A stretch of 35,457 nucleotides of DNA from Acholeplasmataceae bacterium (GTDB lineage Bacteria > Bacillota_I > Bacilli_A > Acholeplasmatales > Acholeplasmataceae), in contig JBAYPP010000001.1 in assembly GCA_041677585.1 (NCBI GenBank), forward strand, positions 1 through 35,457, read 5' to 3'. This document shows positions 1 to 7,228 of this stretch, piece by piece. Made by a program: the position numbers and the translations under genes. A model generated the notes under the pieces. The model worked only from the letters and a program-made list of their open reading frames with translations. It had not been told where the DNA came from and made no database searches. The stretch's first letter is position 1, and each line of letters begins with the position of its first letter.

Positions 1-56
1 CAAATAACTTCTAAATCGCTTGATTCGATTGTTTTTAACTCAATTGTATTAATCAA
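1..56 (-). CDS. 5-prime end of an unidentified CDS running off the window (TTG start candidate)
   Basis: On the minus strand, AGGAG (63-67) lies 6 nt upstream of TTG (56-54). The frame stays open for 18 codons (MINTIELKTIESSDLEVI...) to the window edge. It starts 18 nt after the stop of the preceding minus-strand gene, so it looks operon-like. Too short to assign a family. Confidence 0.3.
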   Translation of the reverse strand, partial: MINTIELKTIESSDLEVI

Positions 57-74
57 CTCTAGCTCCTCTTTATT

Positions 75-956
75 CTATACTTTATCAAATCCATTTTCAC
101 GTCTGATTTTATTTAACTCTTCCTTAGTTACTAAACCCTCTTTATACATTCTTTCATACCGTTTCATAATCTGCTGTTTTTCTTTCTCCTCATTGTAGAT
201 AAAAGTTTCTTTTTGCTTAGGGTTGGTTTTTTTAACGATAACCTCTTTATCTTCTACAATAACTTCTTCTTTAATTTCTTCTTGTTCTATTTCTGCTTTA
301 ATTTCGTTAATTAGACTTTCTTGATCCAATTCTTCGGTTTCGGTTTCTATGACAACCTCTTCAACAACTTCATCTAAAACAAGGTCTTCTATTACATTTT
401 CGAATTGAACTATGTTCTTTGGGGTAAGCCAGTATAAGACAACGATTTGCAAGAAGTATAAATAAATGACTAGCGTGTAGATATAATAAACGATGTTATC
501 AAGATTTAACTGCATTAAACCTAACGTTTCCGTTATGGAAAAATATGCTCCAGACGCAATCGCGCCTAAAGTGATGACACTTAAGACGACTTTTGAAACA
601 AAAGTATTTAACTTGTTTGTTACCAATAATAACAGATATCCAACTGCTAAAATTAACATTAAAATTCCGTGCATTAACAAGGTTGATAATGCCAATTCCA
701 AATTGGCGAAAAGCTGATTGAAATTAAAGTATATAAAGACTATATACAATAATGTGAAATGAAAAAGCGGAATGATATATCGCATTTTACTGGGATAAAA
801 AAATCCTGTTAAAAGTATTAGTAAAATTAAGAATGTGAAATATAAACCCGTATAGTCCATAACTAGACCATCAGGATTTACAAAGTAAAAATAAACTCCA
901 AACGCAATATTTATCAATGTAAAGACAAGCAAAATCAATCTATTCTTCTGTTTCAT
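75..956 (-). CDS. Polytopic membrane protein with an acidic linker and a SHOCT-like C-terminal motif
   Basis: 293-aa ORF with AAGGAG 8 nt upstream of the ATG at 956. The N-terminal ~190 aa are strongly hydrophobic (about 6-7 predicted TM helices). A Glu/Val/Ile-rich low-complexity stretch follows. The C-terminus KRYERMYKEGLVTKEELNKIRRENG resembles the SHOCT short C-terminal domain pattern. No catalytic motif recognised. Confidence 0.7.
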   Translation of the reverse strand: MKQKNRLILLVFTLINIAFGVYFYFVNPDGLVMDYTGLYFTFLILLILLTGFFYPSKMRYIIPLFHFTLLYIVFIYFNFNQLFANLELALSTLLMHGILMLILAVGYLLLLVTNKLNTFVSKVVLSVITLGAIASGAYFSITETLGLMQLNLDNIVYYIYTLVIYLYFLQIVVLYWLTPKNIVQFENVIEDLVLDEVVEEVVIETETEELDQESLINEIKAEIEQEEIKEEVIVEDKEVIVKKTNPKQKETFIYNEEKEKQQIMKRYERMYKEGLVTKEELNKIRRENGFDKV

Positions 957-992
957 ACTTTTTCTCCTTTGTTCAAGACTTATCTTGCCTAT

Positions 993-1001
993 ATTTTATC
1001 A
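993..1001 (-). promoter_or_regulatory. Extended -10 promoter candidate (TGaTAAAAT) for the 75-956 gene
   Basis: The minus strand reads TGATAAAAT about 37 nt upstream of the ATG. No well-spaced -35: TTGAAA is only 14 nt away. Confidence 0.35.
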
Positions 1002-1030
1002 TATCTTTACAATTTCAACGCTTAGTAAAC

Positions 1031-1056
1031 AAAAACACCTACTCAGGAGAATAGGT
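1031..1056 (-). terminator. Rho-independent terminator downstream of pepF
   Basis: The minus strand reads ACCTATTC-TCCT-GAGTAGGT (8-bp stem, one mismatch) followed by GTTTTTGTTT. It lies 23 nt after the pepF stop. Confidence 0.6.
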
Positions 1057-1078
1057 ATTTTAAAGATCCAATTATTCT

Positions 1079-2884
1079 TTATTTATTCAGTTTATCGGTA
1101 ATCTCAATCATCTCATCAATCATTGATTCGATATATGCGATTGTTTCCATTAAAGGTTTATCGGTTGATAAGTCGACATCAACCATTTTCGCTAATCCCA
1201 GTGGATCCTTTGTACTTCCTGCTCTTAAGACATCAAGCCATCTTTCAATTGCCAATTCACCGTTAAAAATCTTTTTCGCTGCAGCCGTTGAAATAGTTAA
1301 ACCCGCACTATAAGTGTATGGATACAAACCCATAAAATAGTGTGGCTGACGGATCCAGGTCAAGCCAGCATATTCCGGAATCTCAACTTCATCGCCCCAA
1401 AACCTTTTAATTACATCATTCTTAATCTTATTTAAAATGTTAGCTGAAAGTGGTTTTCTTCCATCAACTCTTACATATACTTCCCTTTGGAAAGCAGCTT
1501 CTAATAGATGGGTTACAAAGTTATGGAAATAGGTTCTAGAAACCATTGTTGATAAAACCCAGCGTTTAAATCTTAAATCCTCGTTTTGTTTTAAGAAATG
1601 GTTGGCTACAATCAATTCATTCATTGTTGATGGTGCTTCAATAAAATACATTGAAGGTCTTGAGTTAAAGCTATTTTGATTTTGATGCGAAAAATAGAAA
1701 TGACCAGCATGACCAATTTCATGGGCTAAAACAAATGCTTCATTCATTCTGCCATTCCAGTTAATTAAAATGAAAGACCCTAGTTTATATGGTGATGAGC
1801 AAAAGCCTCCGGTTGATTTACCAATGTTTTGCGGGAAATCAATCCATCTTTCATCAAATGCTCTTTCAACCATTTTTAAATATTCCGGACCTAAAGTAGC
1901 TAAACCATCGATCATATATTGCCTTGTTTCAAAAATCGTAACTGGTGGCTCATAATCAACATCAACTGCCAGCTTAAGATCGGCATAAGTCATTTTATCC
2001 AAGTCGTGAATAGTTTGAATCAATTTTGCATACTTACGCATTGGTTTTGCTAAATGCTCCATTATAACGTCAATTTGGCGGTCATACATGTCTCTTGTTA
2101 CATCCTGGTTGAATAATAAGTAATCAATAACAGAATCAAAACCAGTTAAACCAGCCATTGCTTTTTGTTTTAAAACTTCCGCTTGATAGTTGTTAGCTAA
2201 ACCATGCTGGTAATCACCTAACACCTGATAAAAAACTTCGTGCGCTTTTCTTCTGACATCGTGATCCTTTTCATAACTCCAGTCATTTTCAAACAATGTA
2301 AAACTCAATGGATATGATTTTCCGTTGACAACAAAATCAGGAAACTTCATATCAGCTAATTTAAACCGACTATAGTTTTGATAAGGAACTGATAAAAAGC
2401 CACCTAACTTAGTGAATGCTTCATCAACTATTCTTGGTAGACTATGTTGCTTTTGTCTGATCAGTAGTTTTAAAAAGCCTTCATTCTCTTTATTCGTCTC
2501 GCTAGCTTGTTTGAGTAGCGCTTCATCCTTTTCTTTCAATTCGGCCATGAAGAATGAAAGTGAGTTTGACATCTCTTGCATAAAAATACCAAAATTTGCT
2601 TGTCTTAAGACATTCTTTTCATCAGTCGCATCAGAACTCATATTCAAACTAGCATAAGCTCCAGCATACATCATTTTTTCTTGAAGAGGACGATAAATTG
2701 TTAATGCTTCATTGATTTGTTTGGCGGTGTTTAAGTTATTTTTAAACTCCTCAACAAACAAACCAACTGTTTTTCTTATTTCTTCAATACTTTTTTCATA
2801 TTCGCTTTCTGTTTTGAAAATACGACTTAAATCCCAAGTATGAAGAACGTTGACTTCACTTCTTCTTAATTTTTGTTTTTCCAT
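1079..2884 (-). CDS. pepF: Oligoendopeptidase F (peptidase family M3B)
   Basis: 601 aa from the ATG at 2884 (MEKQKLRR...), preceded by AGGAGG with 8-nt spacing. The longer ORF-track start at 2926 has no RBS. Contains the HEIGH zinc-binding motif within VLAHEIGHAGHFYFS, and the overall length and layout are typical of PepF. Confidence 0.93.
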   Translation of the reverse strand: MEKQKLRRSEVNVLHTWDLSRIFKTESEYEKSIEEIRKTVGLFVEEFKNNLNTAKQINEALTIYRPLQEKMMYAGAYASLNMSSDATDEKNVLRQANFGIFMQEMSNSLSFFMAELKEKDEALLKQASETNKENEGFLKLLIRQKQHSLPRIVDEAFTKLGGFLSVPYQNYSRFKLADMKFPDFVVNGKSYPLSFTLFENDWSYEKDHDVRRKAHEVFYQVLGDYQHGLANNYQAEVLKQKAMAGLTGFDSVIDYLLFNQDVTRDMYDRQIDVIMEHLAKPMRKYAKLIQTIHDLDKMTYADLKLAVDVDYEPPVTIFETRQYMIDGLATLGPEYLKMVERAFDERWIDFPQNIGKSTGGFCSSPYKLGSFILINWNGRMNEAFVLAHEIGHAGHFYFSHQNQNSFNSRPSMYFIEAPSTMNELIVANHFLKQNEDLRFKRWVLSTMVSRTYFHNFVTHLLEAAFQREVYVRVDGRKPLSANILNKIKNDVIKRFWGDEVEIPEYAGLTWIRQPHYFMGLYPYTYSAGLTISTAAAKKIFNGELAIERWLDVLRAGSTKDPLGLAKMVDVDLSTDKPLMETIAYIESMIDEMIEITDKLNK

Positions 2885-2931
2885 AGTGTTTTTCCTCCTA
2901 GTTCTATCATACAATATTAATTCCAAATAAA

Positions 2932-2949
2932 AAGGGCGTATCCGCCCTT
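2932..2949 (-). terminator. Rho-independent terminator (symmetrical hairpin flanked by A/T runs) after the 2960-3817 gene
   Basis: AAGGGCG-TATC-CGCCCTT is flanked by A-runs on one side and T-runs on the other. On the minus strand the stem is followed by TTTTTATTT. It starts 11 nt after the stop at 2960. Confidence 0.7.
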
Positions 2950-2959
2950 TTTTATCTTT

Positions 2960-3817
2960 TTAGTAAAAATCTGAATGGGTAATTGTGGGCATTTCCTTAA
3001 TAACGAAGTTTGAGGAGTTGATTTTATAAGTATTTGTCGCGTCTCCCTCAATTTGCTCAGGGTTAATGAAGTAAAGTTCGCTTGTCCCTGAAACAGAGAC
3101 TCCCAAGAGACTTGTAATTTGAATTGATAGCTTAATTTTCGAAAAAACGTTGATTGCTTTTGGATCAAAGATATCACTATTTTTATCGACAACCAGGTTC
3201 ATAATGATATTATGTCTTTTCGTGTACTCATTATACAAAATGTAAGCTCTACTTTCGACTAAGGAATCCGGTTTGATAAACTCATAATCCTTTTCTTCAC
3301 GCTCAAATTTGATTTTGTTTAAAATGATTTTACCAACCATTTTTCCTTCAACAACCTTAAACGGAATCTTAATTGATAAATACGTATAATTAGTCGGATT
3401 TTGATATACTTCCTCTTCTTTGATCGATGATTCAAACATATGAAATTCAGCGATTTTCTTGAGAATAAAGCGTTCGATGTAACGCGGTGATTCCAAATAA
3501 ATCAACATCCGATCCATAAACTCAATAATGGAATAATTGCTGGCGGAAAACTGAAAATTGCGAAAGGATTCCGCTCGTTTATTGGTATCATCGTTGATGC
3601 GATTAACGGTCTTGTTGTGGGTGTAAACTAAGAAGCTAAATGATGTTGAGGAGATAAAGGATGCGAACGCAACCAGTAGTGTCGCGACTCTAATCCCAAT
3701 GACGTTAAACCGTGCATCTAACACATCTCCCATAAACAAAGCGATTATTGCTAAAACCAAGACAAACAAACTCACTGTTAACAAAGCATAAAACATTTTT
3801 ATTCGATTTTGTTTCAT
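2960..3817 (-). CDS. Hypothetical membrane-anchored protein (two N-terminal TM helices plus a ~210-aa soluble domain of unknown function)
   Basis: 285 aa from the ATG at 3817 (MKQNRIKM...), with AGGAGG 7 nt upstream. Two hydrophobic helices lie in residues ~10-70. The remainder is hydrophilic and Lys/Glu/Asn/Ile-rich with beta-strand-like alternation. No motif I recognise. It has its own -10 (TATAAT, minus strand, 3854-3859) and its own terminator. Confidence 0.75.
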   Translation of the reverse strand: MKQNRIKMFYALLTVSLFVLVLAIIALFMGDVLDARFNVIGIRVATLLVAFASFISSTSFSFLVYTHNKTVNRINDDTNKRAESFRNFQFSASNYSIIEFMDRMLIYLESPRYIERFILKKIAEFHMFESSIKEEEVYQNPTNYTYLSIKIPFKVVEGKMVGKIILNKIKFEREEKDYEFIKPDSLVESRAYILYNEYTKRHNIIMNLVVDKNSDIFDPKAINVFSKIKLSIQITSLLGVSVSGTSELYFINPEQIEGDATNTYKINSSNFVIKEMPTITHSDFY

Positions 3818-3929
3818 AAGAATACCTCCTATCAAGGTAACATTCGTAAGAATATTATACGCTTTATTTTAAAAAAAGCACTAAAAACGGTCTATTTTTG
3901 CATTTTAAGGCTTTTTTCATATAGTTACA

Positions 3930-3958
3930 TTGACTTTATGGCTTAATAAAACTATAAT
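3930..3958 (+). promoter_or_regulatory. Sigma-A type promoter TTGACT-17-TATAAT
   Basis: TTGACT at 3930-3935, an exact 17-nt spacer, then TATAAT at 3953-3958. This is 25 nt upstream of the ATG at 3983. Confidence 0.7.
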
Positions 3959-3982
3959 ATTAATATATATTCGGAGGTGCCC

Positions 3983-4387
3983 ATGAAAGAACGTAATTTG
4001 TTATACTTTGTATCAGCAGTTATCTTAACCGTGTTTTTTCTATTATCTTTGATTGCCCGAACACAAGAATGGTTCCGCTTCTATGGTAACCAAGCCATTC
4101 CTCCATACTATCAGCTTATTCTGCCCTTAATCTTAATTTGGGGTGGTTGGTTTTTTGATTTAAAAAGAATCGTTGATTTTGTGGTTGCTATCGTTCTTGT
4201 AATGTTCACATTCCATTTAGTAAGCGTTGTTGGAGTTATCGGTAGTACTACAATGCCAAGCGGATATGCACCGATGGTTAAAACATATGCGCTGATGAGC
4301 CTTGTCATCATGATTGGCTTTGTGGTTGTAGCTTTGTTTGAAGATATTAAAAACGCAGTTGTGAGTTTAAAGAAACCAACAGAATAA
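3983..4387 (+). CDS. Small hydrophobic membrane protein (about 4 TM helices), function unknown
   Basis: 134 aa from the ATG at 3983, with GGAGG at 3973-3977 (5-nt spacing). The GTG at 3977 offered by the ORF track overlaps the RBS. A strong promoter lies upstream and a strong terminator downstream. Confidence 0.7.
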   Translation: MKERNLLYFVSAVILTVFFLLSLIARTQEWFRFYGNQAIPPYYQLILPLILIWGGWFFDLKRIVDFVVAIVLVMFTFHLVSVVGVIGSTTMPSGYAPMVKTYALMSLVIMIGFVVVALFEDIKNAVVSLKKPTE

Positions 4388-4407
4388 TTTTTTATATTGA
4401 TGAAATT

Positions 4408-4437
4408 AAGACTAGCGAAAATCTAGTCTTTTTTTTG
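4408..4437 (+). terminator. Rho-independent terminator
   Basis: AAGACTAG-CGAAAAT-CTAGTCTT (8-bp perfect stem) followed by TTTTTT. Confidence 0.8.
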
Positions 4438-4439
4438 CA

Positions 4440-4462
4440 CAAAAAAAGGAGCTTAAGCTCCT
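4440..4462 (-). terminator. Rho-independent terminator of spx that includes the spx stop codon
   Basis: The minus strand reads AGGAGC-TTAA-GCTCCT followed by TTTTTTTG. The TAA stop of spx (4453-4455) sits in the loop, and the last codons form the 5-prime arm. Confidence 0.7.
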
Positions 4463-4923
4463 CTTTGTTGTTCTTCATTATTCTTTATTTCTTCAAAGTA
4501 TCGCTTTAACGCACTTTGATAATCACACGTTTCCCCCTGTGGACAATCCACACACATGATTAATTCTCTTAATCTTTTCGGAATAAATACACGAATCTCT
4601 TCATCATTGTATCCAACTTGCATCTTTTCCCCTTCAATCATAATGGGACGTTTTAGCACACTTGGATTCTCAAGGATGAATTTCTTTAACTCGCTAATTT
4701 TCATATCCTCAACATCTAACGCTTGTTCTTTAAAGATTTTTGATCTGGTTGAAATAATATCTTCAAATCCATTTTCAGCATTTTCCAACATGCGATCAAT
4801 GTCTTCTTCCGTAATCCGTTGATTAAATAAATTTTTCTCCTCATAAGCTACCTTATGATCGTCGAGCCACTTTTTCGCTTTCCGACAAGATGAACAACTA
4901 GGGGTCGTAAAAATTGTAATCAT
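4453..4923 (-). CDS. spx: Spx/ArsC-family global redox-responsive transcription regulator with an extended C-terminus
   Basis: 156 aa from the ATG at 4923 (MITIFTTPSCSSCRKAKKWL...), with AGGAGG 7 nt upstream. The ORF-track start at 4977 lies in the 5-prime UTR. Has the CxxC motif at residues 10-13. ISTRSKIF and RPIMIEGEKMQVGYNDEEIRVFIPK closely parallel Bacillus Spx. The C-terminal ~35 aa are non-canonical (see findings). Confidence 0.9.
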   Translation of the reverse strand: MITIFTTPSCSSCRKAKKWLDDHKVAYEEKNLFNQRITEEDIDRMLENAENGFEDIISTRSKIFKEQALDVEDMKISELKKFILENPSVLKRPIMIEGEKMQVGYNDEEIRVFIPKRLRELIMCVDCPQGETCDYQSALKRYFEEIKNNEEQQRGA

Positions 4924-4995
4924 TTGTCTTCCTCCTTTTTGGAGCATAGGTTTTAGCCTATAGCACTTTGTGTTCAAACTTTTGTTTGCTCGTTC

Positions 4996-5024
4996 ATTAT
5001 ATAATTATTTATACTTTTTTTCAA
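4996..5024 (-). promoter_or_regulatory. Sigma-A type promoter TTGAAA-17-TATAAT for spx
   Basis: Minus strand: TTGAAA (5024-5019), a 17-nt spacer, then TATAAT (5001-4996). This predicts a ~65-nt leader containing a small bulged hairpin (GCTATAGG...CCTATGC) just upstream of the RBS. Confidence 0.7.
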
Positions 5025-5138
5025 TACGATTTTAATACTTTCGATGATTTTACATATTATTTTACATTTATTTTGAATTTCAAACCATTAACCCTTCCTA
5101 AAAACACCTTTTTACCTAATTTTTTTCAGTTATATCTA

Positions 5139-5147
5139 TGATATAAT
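5139..5147 (+). promoter_or_regulatory. Extended -10 promoter candidate TGaTATAAT for the second pepF
   Basis: TG at 5139-5140, one spacer nt, then TATAAT at 5142-5147. This is ~34 nt upstream of the ATG at 5181. No clear -35. Confidence 0.5.
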
Positions 5148-5180
5148 AAAGACAATACAACCAAAAGGGAGATGGCAAAA

Positions 5181-6944
5181 ATGTCAAAATGGGATTTATC
5201 AATTTTTTACCCAAACGATGAAGCTTGGGAAACGGATTTAGCAAAGCTACCTACGTTTATTGAGAAACTGGGCTCTTACCAAGGAAAGCTCGGTAGCTTT
5301 GAAGACTTTAAGTCTTACTATAGCGATCAGGAACAGACATTGAAACTGTTTTATCGTTTATATGCTTACATTCATTTAAGCAGTGATTTAAATTTAAAAG
5401 ATGCCGACAAGCAAACTAAAAACCAAAAGGTTTTACTGCAAATGTCACGTTTAAACCAATTAACCAGTTACGTTTCACCTGAATTGATCAGTATCGGCCA
5501 GGAGAAAATCATGTCTTTTGTTGAACAAGATGAATATCTAAAGCAATATCGTTTTCCATTGGAAAAATTATTCTTCCAGCAAAAACATGTCTTAGATGGC
5601 GTTCAAGAAAAATTGCTGGCTAACTTTGGACCCCTTCGTAATATTCCAAGCGCTTTATATCAATCATTGGCCATCATTGATGCCAAAGATGAGATTGTTA
5701 AACTGAGTGACGGTAAGGAAATGACAATTACCGGTTCAAACTTCCGGGCAATTTTACCAACCTTAAAGAATCCAGAAGATCGTCGGTTAGTCTTTGAAGC
5801 AGCATTTAAACGCTATGCTGATAAAAAAACAGCCTTTGCGAATACATATAATTTGGTTTTACAACAATTAGCTGCCAATTATAAGTCAAGAAATTATCCA
5901 TCGGCATTAGATGCGGCCTTGTTTGGCAATAATATTCCAACCGCTGTGTTTCATAACTTAAAAGATGTTGCTTATGAAAACACAGAACCAATCAAACGCT
6001 ATTTAAAGCTCCGCAAGAAACATTTGAATTTAGAGAAATATCGCACTTATGATCGCTTTTTAAAGCTTGCTACTGATGATACGAATTATTCCTATGAAGA
6101 AGGCAAAAAACTCTTCCTGGAGTCAATTAAGGGCATGGATGAAGAATTTGTTAAGGCACAACACGAAGCATTAGAAGACGGTTTTGTTGATGCATACCCA
6201 CAGGATGGTAAAAGAACCGGTGCTTATTCATCCGGTTCGCATGGATTTCATCCGTACATTCTTCTAAACCATGATAATACCTTAGACGGCGTCTTTACAA
6301 TTGCACACGAAGCAGGACATAGTGCCCATACAATTTTCAGTCAAAAGAACCAACCAATGGCAATTTCCAATTATACAATCTTTGTTGCTGAGATCGCTTC
6401 CACTTTTAACGAACACATTCTATTAGATCATTTATTAGCCAGAGCCGAAACAAAAGAACAAAAAATCGTTTTGTTAGAATCGGCGATTGATGGTATTATG
6501 GCAACCTTCTACCGTCAAACATTGTTTGCCACATATGAGTTTGAAGCAAACCAATTGGTTGAAAAGGGAATTCCGGTAACGGAAAAAGCCTTATCAGAAA
6601 TCATGATTAATCTCTATAAGCATTTCTATGACATTGACATTGTTGAAGAAAAATACAAACAATACGTCTGGGCCTATATTCCACATCTATTCTATACACC
6701 GTTTTATGTTTACCAATATTCAACATCCTACAGTGCTTCATTAAAGATTTATGATGACATCAAACAAAACAAACCAAATGCAACCGATAAATACCTTGGT
6801 TTATTAAAATCCGGTGGTAGTGATTATCCCGTTAATCAAGCAGCAATGGCTGGTGCTGATTTAACGAAAAAAGATACATTCATGGCTGTTGTCAAACGTT
6901 TTAATGCGTTGATCGATCAATTAGAGGATGTCTTAGAAAACTGA
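5181..6944 (+). CDS. M3B-family oligoendopeptidase (PepF paralog)
   Basis: 587 aa from the ATG at 5181 (MSKWDL...). GGGAG at 5167-5171 gives 9-nt spacing, whereas the ATG at 5172 abuts the RBS. Contains the HEAGH zinc motif in TIAHEAGHSAHTIF. Same architecture as the 1079-2884 protein but clearly diverged in sequence. Confidence 0.9.
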   Translation: MSKWDLSIFYPNDEAWETDLAKLPTFIEKLGSYQGKLGSFEDFKSYYSDQEQTLKLFYRLYAYIHLSSDLNLKDADKQTKNQKVLLQMSRLNQLTSYVSPELISIGQEKIMSFVEQDEYLKQYRFPLEKLFFQQKHVLDGVQEKLLANFGPLRNIPSALYQSLAIIDAKDEIVKLSDGKEMTITGSNFRAILPTLKNPEDRRLVFEAAFKRYADKKTAFANTYNLVLQQLAANYKSRNYPSALDAALFGNNIPTAVFHNLKDVAYENTEPIKRYLKLRKKHLNLEKYRTYDRFLKLATDDTNYSYEEGKKLFLESIKGMDEEFVKAQHEALEDGFVDAYPQDGKRTGAYSSGSHGFHPYILLNHDNTLDGVFTIAHEAGHSAHTIFSQKNQPMAISNYTIFVAEIASTFNEHILLDHLLARAETKEQKIVLLESAIDGIMATFYRQTLFATYEFEANQLVEKGIPVTEKALSEIMINLYKHFYDIDIVEEKYKQYVWAYIPHLFYTPFYVYQYSTSYSASLKIYDDIKQNKPNATDKYLGLLKSGGSDYPVNQAAMAGADLTKKDTFMAVVKRFNALIDQLEDVLEN

Positions 6945-6954
6945 TTGTTATAAA

Positions 6955-6990
6955 AGGTATCAAATTTATTTTGATATCTTTTTTCTTTTT
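6955..6990 (+). terminator. Rho-independent terminator of the second pepF
   Basis: AGGTATCAAA-TTTAT-TTTGATATCT (10-bp stem with one G-U pair) followed by TTTTTCTTTTT. Confidence 0.75.
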
Positions 6991-7000
6991 ATGCTATAAT
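6971..7000 (+). promoter_or_regulatory. Promoter of the trpS T-box leader (TTGATA-18-TGcTATAAT)
   Basis: TTGATA at 6971-6976, which lies inside the 3-prime arm of the upstream terminator. TG at 6992-6993 and TATAAT at 6995-7000. Confidence 0.7.
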
Positions 7001-7004
7001 ATAA

Positions 7005-7214
7005 TTGCGTTGAAAAGGAAGAAACAATTCACCCTTTTTATGACAAGCGAGTCAGGACGGTGGAAGCTGACCATAAGAGGAATTGCCTGGGCCCTTGGAG
7101 CAAACAAGCTTAAATCAGCTATATGAATAACAAAGTGCTGGGTCTCCAGAACTAAGGTGGTACCGCGGAATTTATTTCGTCCTTAGATGTTATTTGACAT
7201 CAGGGACTTTTTTT
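7005..7214 (+). promoter_or_regulatory. T-box riboswitch leader, tryptophan specifier
   Basis: Stem I: helix 7033-7042 pairs with 7072-7080; an 8-nt AG-rich bulge (ACAAGCGA) sits on the 5-prime side; the distal helix is GTCAG/CTGAC with a GGTGGAAG-type loop. UGG at 7088-7090, followed by a purine, lies on the 3-prime side of the predicted specifier loop (a second UGG is at 7096-7098). The conserved T-box sequence AAGGTGGTACCGCGG is at 7154-7168. The antiterminator base CTAAGG (7152-7157) / CCTTAG (7181-7186) competes with the terminator at 7179-7207 (11 bp, one bulge), which is followed by TTTTTTT. The downstream gene is trpS. Confidence 0.85.
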
Positions 7215-7228
7215 ATAGGAGGAAGACA

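Noticed and set aside
2917-3192. 91-aa minus-strand ORF overlapping the 3-prime end of the 2960-3817 gene and crossing its terminator.
   Set aside because: It is out of frame with a better-supported gene, has no RBS, and would run through a strong terminator hairpin.
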